A stretch of 64,000 nucleotides of DNA, taken from Leptospira sp. GTDB lineage: Bacteria > Spirochaetota > Leptospiria > Leptospirales > Leptospiraceae. The DNA is taken from positions 192,001-256,000 of the forward strand of contig JAWXAQ010000002.1 of assembly GCA_034439575.1 (NCBI GenBank), in the 5' to 3' direction. Below are positions 40,518 to 49,911 of this stretch, one piece after another (positions within the stretch are counted from its first letter, which is position 1; each line of letters begins with the position of its first letter). The notes beneath the pieces were generated by a model. That model saw nothing but the letters and a program-made list of their open reading frames with translations. It was not told where the DNA came from and did not search any database. The position numbers were made by a program, and so were the translations under genes.

Positions 40518-41552
40518 CTAGGATTTAAGCCAATGCAAAAAACTTCCGAAGGTTTTTAAAAGACCGGGAATCCCAGTAATTTGTTCGTGTAGAGGTAGAT
40601 TGTCACCATGGGTAAGGGCAGTTGATGTGCGAAATACATACGTATGCCCCTTTTCTTCGAAATACTTTGCTAATTTTCGTGATTCGTCTGGGGAAATGAC
40701 GGGATCAGAATTTCCATGTAAGAGTGAAACGGGGGCTTTTAGCCCTTCCATTTGATAGTAGGGGGAAAAGGATTTTGGAAGTTCGATGGGATAGGTTTTT
40801 TGTAGGTCCGATGCTAATTGTTTTCGAAACGCTTCTGATTCCATAATTTGATTAAAAAAGTCTCTCGAGCTTTTATTTACTTTCGCAAGTAACTTAGGGG
40901 CAATGGCATCCTCACCCGTGCGATACAGAGCATTGTCTTTAGCGGCTTCAAAAAATACCATTTTCAAATCTTTGCTCAACTTTTTGTCTAGGCGATCTAT
41001 AATATTATATAAGAGAACCATCACACCATAATTATCGATATGGAAGTTTTGAAATACAAAAGGAAAAGTATCTATAAAATCGCAATAGCCACCAACCGCC
41101 ATAATCGATGTTACACGCTCAGAAAGGCCAGGTCTAGAGCATGCAATAAGTCCCATCCCACTAGAAAAACTTACCGAAAAAAATCCCATTCGATAACCAT
41201 CATACCAGGTTTTGTTTTCACTCAATTCCAAACCGACGGATTCTATATTATCAATGGTTTCCACTGACATAATTAAATTTGTAACTTCAGTTAACTCAGG
41301 TAAGATGACACTAAATCCGCAATGTGCTAAATTTTCTGCCAAATCAATGATACGTTTATCATCGATCCCAAAAATACTTAAACCATGTTGTAAGTAAATA
41401 CCTGGGAGATTTGTCTTTTCTTTTTTGGAAGGCCAATAAACCCTAGCACGTCGGTTATTTTTTAAAATGACCTTTTCAGAATTTATTTTTTTATCTTTAA
41501 CAATTCCACCATAAGTGAAAACAAGAGGAAGGGAGAGGAAATAAGGCCTCAT
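40518..41552 (-). CDS. Alpha/beta hydrolase fold protein
   Basis: YLQHG, FSVSFSSG nucleophile-elbow variant, LLHGNSDPVI, LTHG. Confidence 0.7.
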   Translation of the reverse strand: MRPYFLSLPLVFTYGGIVKDKKINSEKVILKNNRRARVYWPSKKEKTNLPGIYLQHGLSIFGIDDKRIIDLAENLAHCGFSVILPELTEVTNLIMSVETIDNIESVGLELSENKTWYDGYRMGFFSVSFSSGMGLIACSRPGLSERVTSIMAVGGYCDFIDTFPFVFQNFHIDNYGVMVLLYNIIDRLDKKLSKDLKMVFFEAAKDNALYRTGEDAIAPKLLAKVNKSSRDFFNQIMESEAFRKQLASDLQKTYPIELPKSFSPYYQMEGLKAPVSLLHGNSDPVISPDESRKLAKYFEEKGHTYVFRTSTALTHGDNLPLHEQITGIPGLLKTFGSFLHWLKS

Positions 41553-42076
41553 TCTTCTGACATTGAATCAATCTTTGGAAATTTTTCCAACAACAAAATG
41601 GTATAAAGTCGTCCTAAGTATTCTTCTTCTCGCCTATCTTTCAAAAAGAATATCAATATATATTGGCGGTATCTCTCAAGGGAGATCGGAACCAATTTAT
41701 TATTTAAATTTTCTGGAGGAGCGATGTCGATTTTATATCTTCCTAGTCTCATTTCGCTAATTAAATGCCCACTTATCTGATTTGCAAATTCCATCATAAT
41801 AGAAGAGGAATGGGCACGCGATGTAGGATCGATTTGAAAGCTATGTGCAATTTTTGGAAGTAACTTTAGTTTGGTGTAACCATCAAGTCCTAAATAAAAT
41901 TTTCCATTCAAATCACCGTAAAAATCCACGCAGGTGCAATTTTCAAAACAAAGCCCTTCATTTTTTGAAGGTCCATACGCTTCTCTTTCTGCTTGGATCA
42001 GAAGCAATTTCTGGAAATGTTCAGGTAGAACTTGCGAAATCGTTAATATAAATTTTTCGTCAAGAAGTGGATCCAT
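41549..42076 (-). CDS. CheX-like chemotaxis phosphatase
   Basis: VDFYGDLNGKFYL, ExxN motif MMEFANQISG, IDIAPP. Confidence 0.7.
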   Translation of the reverse strand: MDPLLDEKFILTISQVLPEHFQKLLLIQAEREAYGPSKNEGLCFENCTCVDFYGDLNGKFYLGLDGYTKLKLLPKIAHSFQIDPTSRAHSSSIMMEFANQISGHLISEMRLGRYKIDIAPPENLNNKLVPISLERYRQYILIFFLKDRREEEYLGRLYTILLLEKFPKIDSMSEE

Positions 42077-43219
42077 TTAAGCCGCATTAGAAAGAATACT
42101 CGACTCAAGTGAGATAAATGTTTGTTTAATCCATTGGTCATATTTCCCTGATATAGTTTTATTCCCTGAATGACCGATCGCGATTTCACATTCATAACCT
42201 AGCTCTTCTAGTTCTTGGACAAAGCTTTGTATAAAAAGGGAAAAATCTTGTATGTTATGGTTCGGTAAAAAACAAGCGATAAGCTGGTCTTCTATTTGAA
42301 AAAAACCTAGATCAGAAAAACCCAAAGACTTTGATTTTTGATTTAGACAAATCGCATATTCCAAGTTATGTTCTGGTTTTATAAACTTGAGTAAAATCAT
42401 AATTTGTGTTTCTTGCGATGTAAACTTATCTTTTGACGTAGTATAGAAGTGAGATTTGTTAAAGAGACCAGTTCTCCCGTCGTGAATCACTCGGAAGTAT
42501 TCATATTGTTCGAGTAATTTTTCAGATAAACTAATTGTTGAAAGCCAAAGTGCGTTGATTTCCGATTCACTGAAAGTCAACTTAGTTTGCATACAAATCA
42601 TTCCCAAAATTTGTGAATTCACTACCAATGGTAAAAATAATCTTTGTCTACTAATGGAAAGACATGGAGTTCCTTTTTTAACATTAATTTCTTCAAACTC
42701 TTCCCATTCGATTTCGTTAGGTTCCGAATCGATAAGTAAATTTCCTTTTTGCCAAACACTTTCCGTAAACCCTATGCCATCGAAATTGGCATATAAAATA
42801 GAACTGATTTTACTATTGGAAATTGAAATAGCTGAGCCCTTTACTATTTCTGAGAATCTCTGTCTTTTTTCATTTTTTAAAATTTGATGAGCCAAGACGA
42901 TTGGATCAGTACCTTCCAGAATATTTTCATATTTATGTTGGGATGAGTTAACAGAATTTATATTTGGTTCGCTCAGACCTTTGATCACAGGATCTGGTAA
43001 ACGTAACGAAGAAGGGCGTTCATTCTTAAGAATATGATCATGATCTTCGTTGGAAACATATTCGGGAAGGTTACTCATTTCACTTAAACTAAAAATGAGT
43101 AAACACAATAGTAAGGTCGATGTGACAAGTAGCCCCAGTGTGATCCAGGAGAAATAGAGCCAAAATTGAAGCAGAATTCCAACAGTGAAAAAAATAATAG
43201 GAATTAAATATCGTTTCAT
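42077..43219 (-). CDS. Membrane protein with GAF-like and degenerate GGDEF-like domains
   Basis: Two N-terminal TMs; LFLPLVVNSQILGMI..FSESEINAL (GAF-like); HDGRTGLFNKSHF (GGDEF-domain start) but no GG[D/E]EF. Confidence 0.55.
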   Translation of the reverse strand: MKRYLIPIIFFTVGILLQFWLYFSWITLGLLVTSTLLLCLLIFSLSEMSNLPEYVSNEDHDHILKNERPSSLRLPDPVIKGLSEPNINSVNSSQHKYENILEGTDPIVLAHQILKNEKRQRFSEIVKGSAISISNSKISSILYANFDGIGFTESVWQKGNLLIDSEPNEIEWEEFEEINVKKGTPCLSISRQRLFLPLVVNSQILGMICMQTKLTFSESEINALWLSTISLSEKLLEQYEYFRVIHDGRTGLFNKSHFYTTSKDKFTSQETQIMILLKFIKPEHNLEYAICLNQKSKSLGFSDLGFFQIEDQLIACFLPNHNIQDFSLFIQSFVQELEELGYECEIAIGHSGNKTISGKYDQWIKQTFISLESSILSNAA

Positions 43220-43293
43220 GGTATCTTTGCCGTTACTATAGATAACGGTTGATTCTTATTATCTCTGAAATGATTTTCAACAAATGCCAGTAA

Positions 43294-44034
43294 ATGAAAC
43301 TATACACCGAACTTGCTGAATATTATTTCACGATCGAAGAGGTTGGCAGAAAATTCCACGAAGAAGTGGAATTTCTGAGAGAGACCTTTAAACGCCACAA
43401 AATTCAAACTATAGTGGATATCGGCTGTGGCACAGGCGAACATGTCAAAGAAATGCAGGCTATGGGTTTCAAAGTTTTGGGCGTAGATGGCTCCAATCGA
43501 ATGCTTGAGATCGCAAAAACTAGGTTTCCGCATTGCACATTTGAATATGGTAGATTGGAAGATTATTACGCAAAACAACCAGTAGACGCTATTACATGCA
43601 TATTTGGAACTTTTAATTATTTATTGGATGACAATGCAGTGATCACTTTTCTAAGAAACACTCATAGAAATCTGAAACAAGCAGGCCTTGCGATTTTTGA
43701 GATTTGGAATGCGGATCCAATTTATCGTATCAAACGAAAGCCATTAACTACTGTTAGCAATGTACGACAAGGGAACGTTTCCATTCGTAGAAATCGGGGC
43801 TTTCGTATGACAAGAGCAGATGATGTTGCCATTGTCGAAGTCAATTATGTTTACAACCTCAATCACAAAGACCTAAAAGATAGACATACGATGCGAGTTT
43901 TTAATTTTCCGCAGATTCAAAGTTTTCTTGAAGATTCAAAATTTGAAGTGCTCAATGTATATGGAAGTTACGCTGGAGATAAATATCTCAAAACGGGAGC
44001 TCGTATTCTCGTTGTGGCAAAAAAGAGGTCTTGA
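43294..44034 (+). CDS. Class I SAM-dependent methyltransferase
   Basis: IVDIGCGTGEH, GVDGSNRML, DAITCIFGTFNY. Confidence 0.88.
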   Translation: MKLYTELAEYYFTIEEVGRKFHEEVEFLRETFKRHKIQTIVDIGCGTGEHVKEMQAMGFKVLGVDGSNRMLEIAKTRFPHCTFEYGRLEDYYAKQPVDAITCIFGTFNYLLDDNAVITFLRNTHRNLKQAGLAIFEIWNADPIYRIKRKPLTTVSNVRQGNVSIRRNRGFRMTRADDVAIVEVNYVYNLNHKDLKDRHTMRVFNFPQIQSFLEDSKFEVLNVYGSYAGDKYLKTGARILVVAKKRS

Positions 44035-44076
44035 CTTTCATTTAATCTTCTATATCCCAATCTCTTGGGAGTTTAT

Positions 44077-45504
44077 ATGACAAACACAGCAAAATTTCAG
44101 GTCGTAGTCATCGGTGGAGGTCCTGGCGGTTATGTCGCGGCAATTCGTGCAGCCCAATTAGGATTTGAAACTGCGGTCATTGAAAAAGAAAGACTTGGTG
44201 GTGTTTGTTTGAATTGGGGATGTATTCCCACAAAAGCTCTGTTAGAGAGTGCCCATATCTTAGAACACTTAAAAAAAGCAGCGAGTTTTGGTTTAAAAGC
44301 AGATAATGTCTCTGCAGAATTTGAAGCCGTTATCAAAAGGTCTAGGTCTGTAGCAGACCAAATGGCCAAAGGTGTTGAATTTCTTATGAAAAAAAATAAG
44401 ATCAATGTCCTTTCTGGAACCGCGAGTTTATTAGATAAAAATACCATCGAAGTTAAAAATGAGAAAGGGGAAAGCCTGACGTATGGTGCCGATTTTATCA
44501 TCATTGCAACAGGTGCTAAAAATAAATCACTTCCCTTCCTCCCGTTTGACGGAAATAAGGTGCTCAATGCAAGGGATGCGATGATTCAAAAATCAGTTCC
44601 AAAAACCCTTGCCATCATCGGTGCGGGTGCCATCGGAGTTGAGTTTGCTGACTTTTATGCTTCTATGGGGGCAAAGGTTAGCATTATAGAATTCCAAGAC
44701 CATCTTTTGCCAAATGAAGATGTCGAAATTTCTCAAATTTTAGAACGTTCCTTTAAAAAAAGAGAAATCGAACAATATCTAAGTTATGCGGTTGAATCAG
44801 CTAACATAAACAAAGATGCGGTTGAACTTATATTACAAGATAGAAAATCTGCTAAAAAAGAAAAGTTAAGCTTTGAAAGAGTCATTGTGGGTGTTGGAAT
44901 TTCTGCTAACACAGAAAACATTGGCATCCAAGAAATTGGTGTGAAAACCAAAAATGGTTTTATCGAAGTAGGAGCAAATTACCGATCCACTATCGATCAT
45001 ATTTATGCGATTGGTGATTGTATACCTACTCCGAGTCTTGCTCATGTTGCCAGTGCCGAAGGAATACGGGCTGCAGAAGATATTTCCATCCGAACAGGAA
45101 ATCCACACAAATTGAACATTCATCCTTTAAACTATGATTATATTCCAGGTTGTACGTATTGCCATCCGGAAGTAGCAAGTGTCGGCCTTACAGAACAAAA
45201 AGCCATTTCATTAGGATACGAACTTTCTATAGGTAAGTTTCCTTTTACAGCAAGTGGTAGAGCCCAAGCGCAAGGCGATACAACAGGTATGGTAAAAATT
45301 ATTTCTGACAAAAAACATGGGGAAATATTAGGTGCCCACATTATTGGGGGAGCCGCCACAGAGATGATCGCCGAACTGACACTTGGTGCTAATATGGAGA
45401 TCACCGTCAAAGAACTTGCATCGACGATTCATGCGCATCCAACTCTTGCGGAAGGTGTGATGGAAGCCGCAGCTGCCGTACTCGGAGAAGCGATCAATAT
45501 TTAA
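44077..45504 (+). CDS. lpdA: Dihydrolipoyl dehydrogenase
   Basis: GGGPGGYVAAIRAAQLG, GGVCLNWGCIPTK redox disulfide, HAHPTLAE. Confidence 0.96.
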   Translation: MTNTAKFQVVVIGGGPGGYVAAIRAAQLGFETAVIEKERLGGVCLNWGCIPTKALLESAHILEHLKKAASFGLKADNVSAEFEAVIKRSRSVADQMAKGVEFLMKKNKINVLSGTASLLDKNTIEVKNEKGESLTYGADFIIIATGAKNKSLPFLPFDGNKVLNARDAMIQKSVPKTLAIIGAGAIGVEFADFYASMGAKVSIIEFQDHLLPNEDVEISQILERSFKKREIEQYLSYAVESANINKDAVELILQDRKSAKKEKLSFERVIVGVGISANTENIGIQEIGVKTKNGFIEVGANYRSTIDHIYAIGDCIPTPSLAHVASAEGIRAAEDISIRTGNPHKLNIHPLNYDYIPGCTYCHPEVASVGLTEQKAISLGYELSIGKFPFTASGRAQAQGDTTGMVKIISDKKHGEILGAHIIGGAATEMIAELTLGANMEITVKELASTIHAHPTLAEGVMEAAAAVLGEAINI

Positions 45505-45569
45505 TTTTTCAAATAAAAGGAACCGAATCGGTAAAAGCGTTTTTGATTAAGTGATTTGATTATAGATGA

Positions 45570-45593
45570 ACTTGGCGAATGATTTCGCCAAGT
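45570..45593. terminator. Hairpin between convergent lpdA and PuuD-like genes
   Basis: ACTTGGCGAA-tgat-TTCGCCAAGT perfect 10-bp stem. Confidence 0.6.
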
Positions 45594-45608
45594 CATTGTA
45601 TAGTAAAA

Positions 45609-46226
45609 TTATACTTCTGTGCTGATAGAACCTGATTGTTTGATCGAGAACCAAACAACTGCTGAGCCGATACCACCAGCAAGCAAGAGTACTACGATAC
45701 CATCAAGAGACAAGAAAGGAACGTTTCCGCCTGCATGGCGACCAAAGCCCATAAAAAACAACATAGGAACAGAAAGGAAAGTGTTGATTCTTGAAAAAAG
45801 GAGAGCCTTTTTTGGAATCGAAGCATCTGCTGGAGTTCCACTTTTGACTCCGTTAATGATCTTTCTTTGTGCCGGCCAAATCACAAACCAAACATTGAAC
45901 CACATAATGGTTCCAAGTAACATTCCGAGTAAAATCCAAGTTGACCAATTTGGTGCAGAGGCTCTAAGACCACCCATCTCAAAAAGAAGAGCATAATATG
46001 TTAATCCGGATAAGAACGTAACCATCGCTCCCCAACGAAACCAGAAAAGAACTCTCGGCATAAGTTCTGGTGTAAGAACTTTTTTAACTCCTGCATCAAG
46101 TTTACCTTGAACAGGTACGTTTACTAAATTTAGGAAATAAAGTAATCCTATCCAACAAACACCTGCTACGTAATGAATCCAACGAACTGAGTACAGTCCA
46201 AGGGCATTAAAATCTAAGTTTTCCAT
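45609..46226 (-). CDS. PuuD/urate oxidase N-terminal-like membrane protein (no cytochrome c domain)
   Basis: RWIHYVAGVCWIGLLYF, LFWFRWGAMVTFLSG, GTIMWFNVWFVIWPAQRK, SRINTFLSVPMLFFM. Confidence 0.75.
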   Translation of the reverse strand: MENLDFNALGLYSVRWIHYVAGVCWIGLLYFLNLVNVPVQGKLDAGVKKVLTPELMPRVLFWFRWGAMVTFLSGLTYYALLFEMGGLRASAPNWSTWILLGMLLGTIMWFNVWFVIWPAQRKIINGVKSGTPADASIPKKALLFSRINTFLSVPMLFFMGFGRHAGGNVPFLSLDGIVVLLLAGGIGSAVVWFSIKQSGSISTEV

Positions 46227-46326
46227 GTGTTACTCCAAAAAAGTATATCTATAGATGATATATTTATTTGATAGAATAATTCTAATTTTGACAAGTGATA
46301 AAAATAGAGACTTAGAAAAAGCGAAT

Positions 46327-46605
46327 CTAAAGCGAACGTTTGTAGATGACTTTTGGTTTACGAATGTTTATAAAACCATTATGGTTTTCTGAGAGAATTG
46401 CGGAATCAAATTGAAATCTATGAGTCGCATCATAAAAAACCACCAATATATCTGATCCAAAATCTGGAGCGGATGAAAAAGACTCCAAACGAATTTTCAT
46501 TTGGGAAGGCTCCATGATTTCAAAATAAGCCTTCCATGATTTTTTAGAATCATTTGTGTCAGTTGGAAATATCGTCAGAGGTAGAGGTTTTTTAAATCCG
46601 GACAT
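46327..46605 (-). CDS. Small hypothetical protein resembling a stand-alone YcgR N-terminal (PilZN) domain
   Basis: VVFY...RFQFDSAIL...INIRKPKVIY beta pattern; 92 aa; directly downstream of the preceding gene. Confidence 0.4.
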   Translation of the reverse strand: MSGFKKPLPLTIFPTDTNDSKKSWKAYFEIMEPSQMKIRLESFSSAPDFGSDILVVFYDATHRFQFDSAILSENHNGFINIRKPKVIYKRSL

Positions 46606-46609
46606 ATAC

Positions 46610-47443
46610 TTATAGCGGATCGGTCTCTTGCGGAACCACAGGTCCGTTAGGTTCTGTTTTTGGTGGATTGTTAATTGAATTTTGTGTATTTGTGCTAGGT
46701 GGTGATATCAAATTATCATTCGTATTTTGCGTAGAGGGAGTATCAGATTCTGCAGAGAATGGATTTTTAAATCCATCTACGGAATTTAACCAATTGTCAT
46801 TTTGACTAGAAGTTTGTTCCGTATTTCCTGGGTAACTTTCGATCGGTCTAATGGTGATGGAAATGTACTGTATAGCTTTTTCATCTCTGATCGGATCAAG
46901 ATATGCTAGACTATCATTTCTCCATCTAGTTCTAACGCGAGGTTCCATGCGAAAGGTTTTCATAATCATGTCTAAATCGCGAGAGTAGGCTTGGTAACGA
47001 CTTCTGGGTGTTTTGGATTGTAAAACGTAGTACATTCCTCCCTTTTTGTGAAAGAGAAATCGGTTTGAAATGATAGTTTTGTTTTCTGTATAATGCAAAA
47101 CAACAAACACCGATTCGTCGAATCCAGGGATTTGATCTTCGAGCATTTTTTCCCGTACTACTTTTAGATCAGTATATTTTTTTAAGAAGGTATCTATCGT
47201 TTCTTCAATAAATCTATCAAGGTCGTAATCTTTTGATCTGCGAACAACATCAATCTGAAGCACAGCTTCTCGATTTGATTTAGCAAATTGAATGCGAACA
47301 GTTTCAGAATTTCTTAATACTGCTTTGTTCCAACCCCTAGGAAATTCAAAAGCGAATCCTAAAGAATCTTCGATCCAAGTTCCTGCGAACAAAGAACCAG
47401 TTGATAAAAAGACAAGGAAGATAAAGATGATACGCGCTTTCAT
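46610..47443 (-). CDS. Exported hypothetical protein with Pro/Thr/Asn-rich tail
   Basis: Signal peptide from ATG 47443 (MKARIIFIFLVFLSTGSLFA); GFAFEFPRGW (PsbP/Mog1-like start); low-complexity C-terminus. Confidence 0.65.
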   Translation of the reverse strand: MKARIIFIFLVFLSTGSLFAGTWIEDSLGFAFEFPRGWNKAVLRNSETVRIQFAKSNREAVLQIDVVRRSKDYDLDRFIEETIDTFLKKYTDLKVVREKMLEDQIPGFDESVFVVLHYTENKTIISNRFLFHKKGGMYYVLQSKTPRSRYQAYSRDLDMIMKTFRMEPRVRTRWRNDSLAYLDPIRDEKAIQYISITIRPIESYPGNTEQTSSQNDNWLNSVDGFKNPFSAESDTPSTQNTNDNLISPPSTNTQNSINNPPKTEPNGPVVPQETDPL

Positions 47444-47473
47444 TGTAATTAGTATCGGCAAATGACTAGGTCA

Positions 47474-48439
47474 TTATTTATACGGAAAGATTCCTTTTCG
47501 CAAGTCCCATTTTGGTTCTATAGCTAATTCTTTCCAAGAATTTTCATCATAGATTTCAACTGCCTGTAAGATCGGAGTTAAAGGGGAATCATGATAGGGA
47601 ATGCCCTTTAGTTTGCATTTGATTTTTGCCAATTTGTTAAAAATGGGGACTAATACGGGGAAAATAGGAATCCCAAGTCCTTTGAACCTTCTTTTCCTTT
47701 GCGTATGAAAGGTTCCAATCACTTGAGATATGGTGACAGATTCTGGGTGAGATAAGACATAAACAGTTCTAATTTTTTCTTTGGCGATGACTTTGCGACA
47801 CCACGTAGCCAAGGCATAGGCCACATCTTCCACATGTATAATTGATTTTTTGGGATCATTTTTAAGATATGGGTAAAATCCTTTTTTGTATAGGGAAAAT
47901 AATTTTGAAACAAAACTCTTTGTTCCTGTCCCATAAACAGATGCTATACGAAAAATGGAATAAGGAATATGAGATTTCTTTAGGTAATTTTCTGCTTCTA
48001 TTTTGGACCTCGCATAAACAGTTTTCCCGGCCCTTTCACTTTCTAATTGCAGTTTTTGATTTTGATAGCCATAAACGGAAACAGAACTTGCAAGGCCAAT
48101 TCCTAGACAATGAATCTTTTCTGCAAATTCTAATAGGATTTTTGTGGATTCGGCATTAATTTGAAAAAAATCTGATTCATTTAATTTTGAACCAGAAACT
48201 GCACCTGCCAAGTGTAAGATGATATCCACAGGTTCAGAAATAGAAAGGTCTTTTGGTGTTTTTATTTTAAGAAAGTCTCTTTCATAAAATTTAAAATTCT
48301 TATGATGACGAATCTCTTCTGGAATCCGGCTATAATCTTTTCCTATGGCGATGATTTTAAATTCATTAATGATTTGAAAAGAAAGCAAACGTCCGATGAC
48401 GCCCGAAGCACCAGTGATTAAAATAGTTTTTAGCTTCAT
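47474..48439 (-). CDS. NAD-dependent epimerase/dehydratase (extended SDR)
   Basis: ILITGASGVIG, ILHLAG, SSVSVYG, YARSK (YxxxK). Confidence 0.88.
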   Translation of the reverse strand: MKLKTILITGASGVIGRLLSFQIINEFKIIAIGKDYSRIPEEIRHHKNFKFYERDFLKIKTPKDLSISEPVDIILHLAGAVSGSKLNESDFFQINAESTKILLEFAEKIHCLGIGLASSVSVYGYQNQKLQLESERAGKTVYARSKIEAENYLKKSHIPYSIFRIASVYGTGTKSFVSKLFSLYKKGFYPYLKNDPKKSIIHVEDVAYALATWCRKVIAKEKIRTVYVLSHPESVTISQVIGTFHTQRKRRFKGLGIPIFPVLVPIFNKLAKIKCKLKGIPYHDSPLTPILQAVEIYDENSWKELAIEPKWDLRKGIFPYK

Positions 48440-48453
48440 TGGAAATGAATTTC

Positions 48454-49671
48454 CTATAATAAAAAAATCTGACAAAAACCAACAAGCGCACCCAATGCGG
48501 CACCAACGAGGATCAATAAAAATTCATCTTCTTGGAATGCAGAGCGCAATATAGATTCAAATTCAGGTGCAGGTAATGCGGTCATTCTTTCACCCATTGT
48601 TTTTTCTAACTCCAAAGCCTCACCAAGATATTTTTCTAATTGTGAAGAATTGGTGATGGCATGTTCCGACATCTTAAGGGCAATACTTTCACGCACATTT
48701 TCATACTGTTCCAGACGTCCACTGGCAAATAACAAAGGCTTTGCGATAAATGTCATTTGGTCGACTTGCTTTGTGATGGCATCTTTTACCATTTTCAATA
48801 TTTCTTCTGCCGCATTTCCAAATATTAACTCTTGTAATACGTTTTTCGGGGTAAGTATTTTTTCAGCCACTAGTTTCGCATACAAATGTGATACTTCCGT
48901 CTGCCTTTTTAAAAATAAACCTTGGTATGTAAAAACCCCTAAAAATTTTTTTGGAACTAGGGGACGAAAGATCATTTCGAGTGCCAAATAATTTGTTAGA
49001 TAACCAACAATGACACCTTGCAATGGTAAGGTCCACCAAATTGGAAAAAATATATAGAAGACCATCTGCACTAGGCCAAGTAAAAATCCAAAATAAAATC
49101 CAGAACGTTCTATAAATTTAAATTCGGGAGCCCCAACTTCTTGGAACAATTCAACCACAAGACTTACATTGTTTCCCGAAAGTTTTTTTAAAACCAAGGA
49201 CTTAACGTCAAATAGAGTTTTAATATCTAACTGTAACTTGCGTATGACGTTTCTAATTGTAAATCCACATTCTCGTTTGACTTTGTGATAGATTTCTTTT
49301 CGGACCACTTCTGGAAGCATAGCCCATAATTTAGGATCTACGCTGTTTGCAAATTCGACCATCGTGTCTTTGATGGCACCTTCTAATGATGGCAAAAATT
49401 CCTTTTCTGCCCGTGCGGGATCAATCTTGGCAAATACTTCTTGGACATTCATTAATTTGCCTGTAATGATATCCACGGACTTACTCGCCATTTTATGTGC
49501 CTTTCTCGGAATGATCCCTTGCCAGCCCAAATAAGGAGGATAGCCCCAAAACTTAATCGGGTAAAAAGTCATTTTCAATGCCAGCCAATTGGTAACCCAG
49601 CCTACAAAACCATAAGTAAAGGGAATGAGAAGGATTTTGAAGTCGCTTGGCACAAAATTAAATTCAAGCAT
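48454..49671 (-). CDS. DUF445 family membrane protein
   Basis: Internal duplication: GWVTNWLALKMTFYP...WQGIIPRK and GYLTNYLALEMIFRP...YQGLFLKR; C-terminal GAALGALVG. Confidence 0.85.
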   Translation of the reverse strand: MLEFNFVPSDFKILLIPFTYGFVGWVTNWLALKMTFYPIKFWGYPPYLGWQGIIPRKAHKMASKSVDIITGKLMNVQEVFAKIDPARAEKEFLPSLEGAIKDTMVEFANSVDPKLWAMLPEVVRKEIYHKVKRECGFTIRNVIRKLQLDIKTLFDVKSLVLKKLSGNNVSLVVELFQEVGAPEFKFIERSGFYFGFLLGLVQMVFYIFFPIWWTLPLQGVIVGYLTNYLALEMIFRPLVPKKFLGVFTYQGLFLKRQTEVSHLYAKLVAEKILTPKNVLQELIFGNAAEEILKMVKDAITKQVDQMTFIAKPLLFASGRLEQYENVRESIALKMSEHAITNSSQLEKYLGEALELEKTMGERMTALPAPEFESILRSAFQEDEFLLILVGAALGALVGFCQIFLL

Positions 49672-49911
49672 CTATTTCCCTAAACATTCAGCAAATTGTA
49701 GAATTGAAATCCATTTCTGTTTCCAAAAAGCGAAAAAAAAGGTCAAAATTCACCTGATACGACATAATAAGGTCAAATTTTCGACACAATTACAAAAAAA
49801 AGTTTGTCATGAAAATCATGATATGCAAGAATAAGCGAGAATAGGGGAGATTCTTAGGCATTTCCCTTAGTTTAATTTGTAAATGAATGCGAATATTTTT
49901 GAGGTGACTTT

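Noticed and set aside
49780-49900. Possible c-di-GMP riboswitch in the lipoprotein leader
   Set aside because: A weak hairpin (AGGGGAGA/TTTCCCT) exists, but the GEMM consensus elements could not be identified
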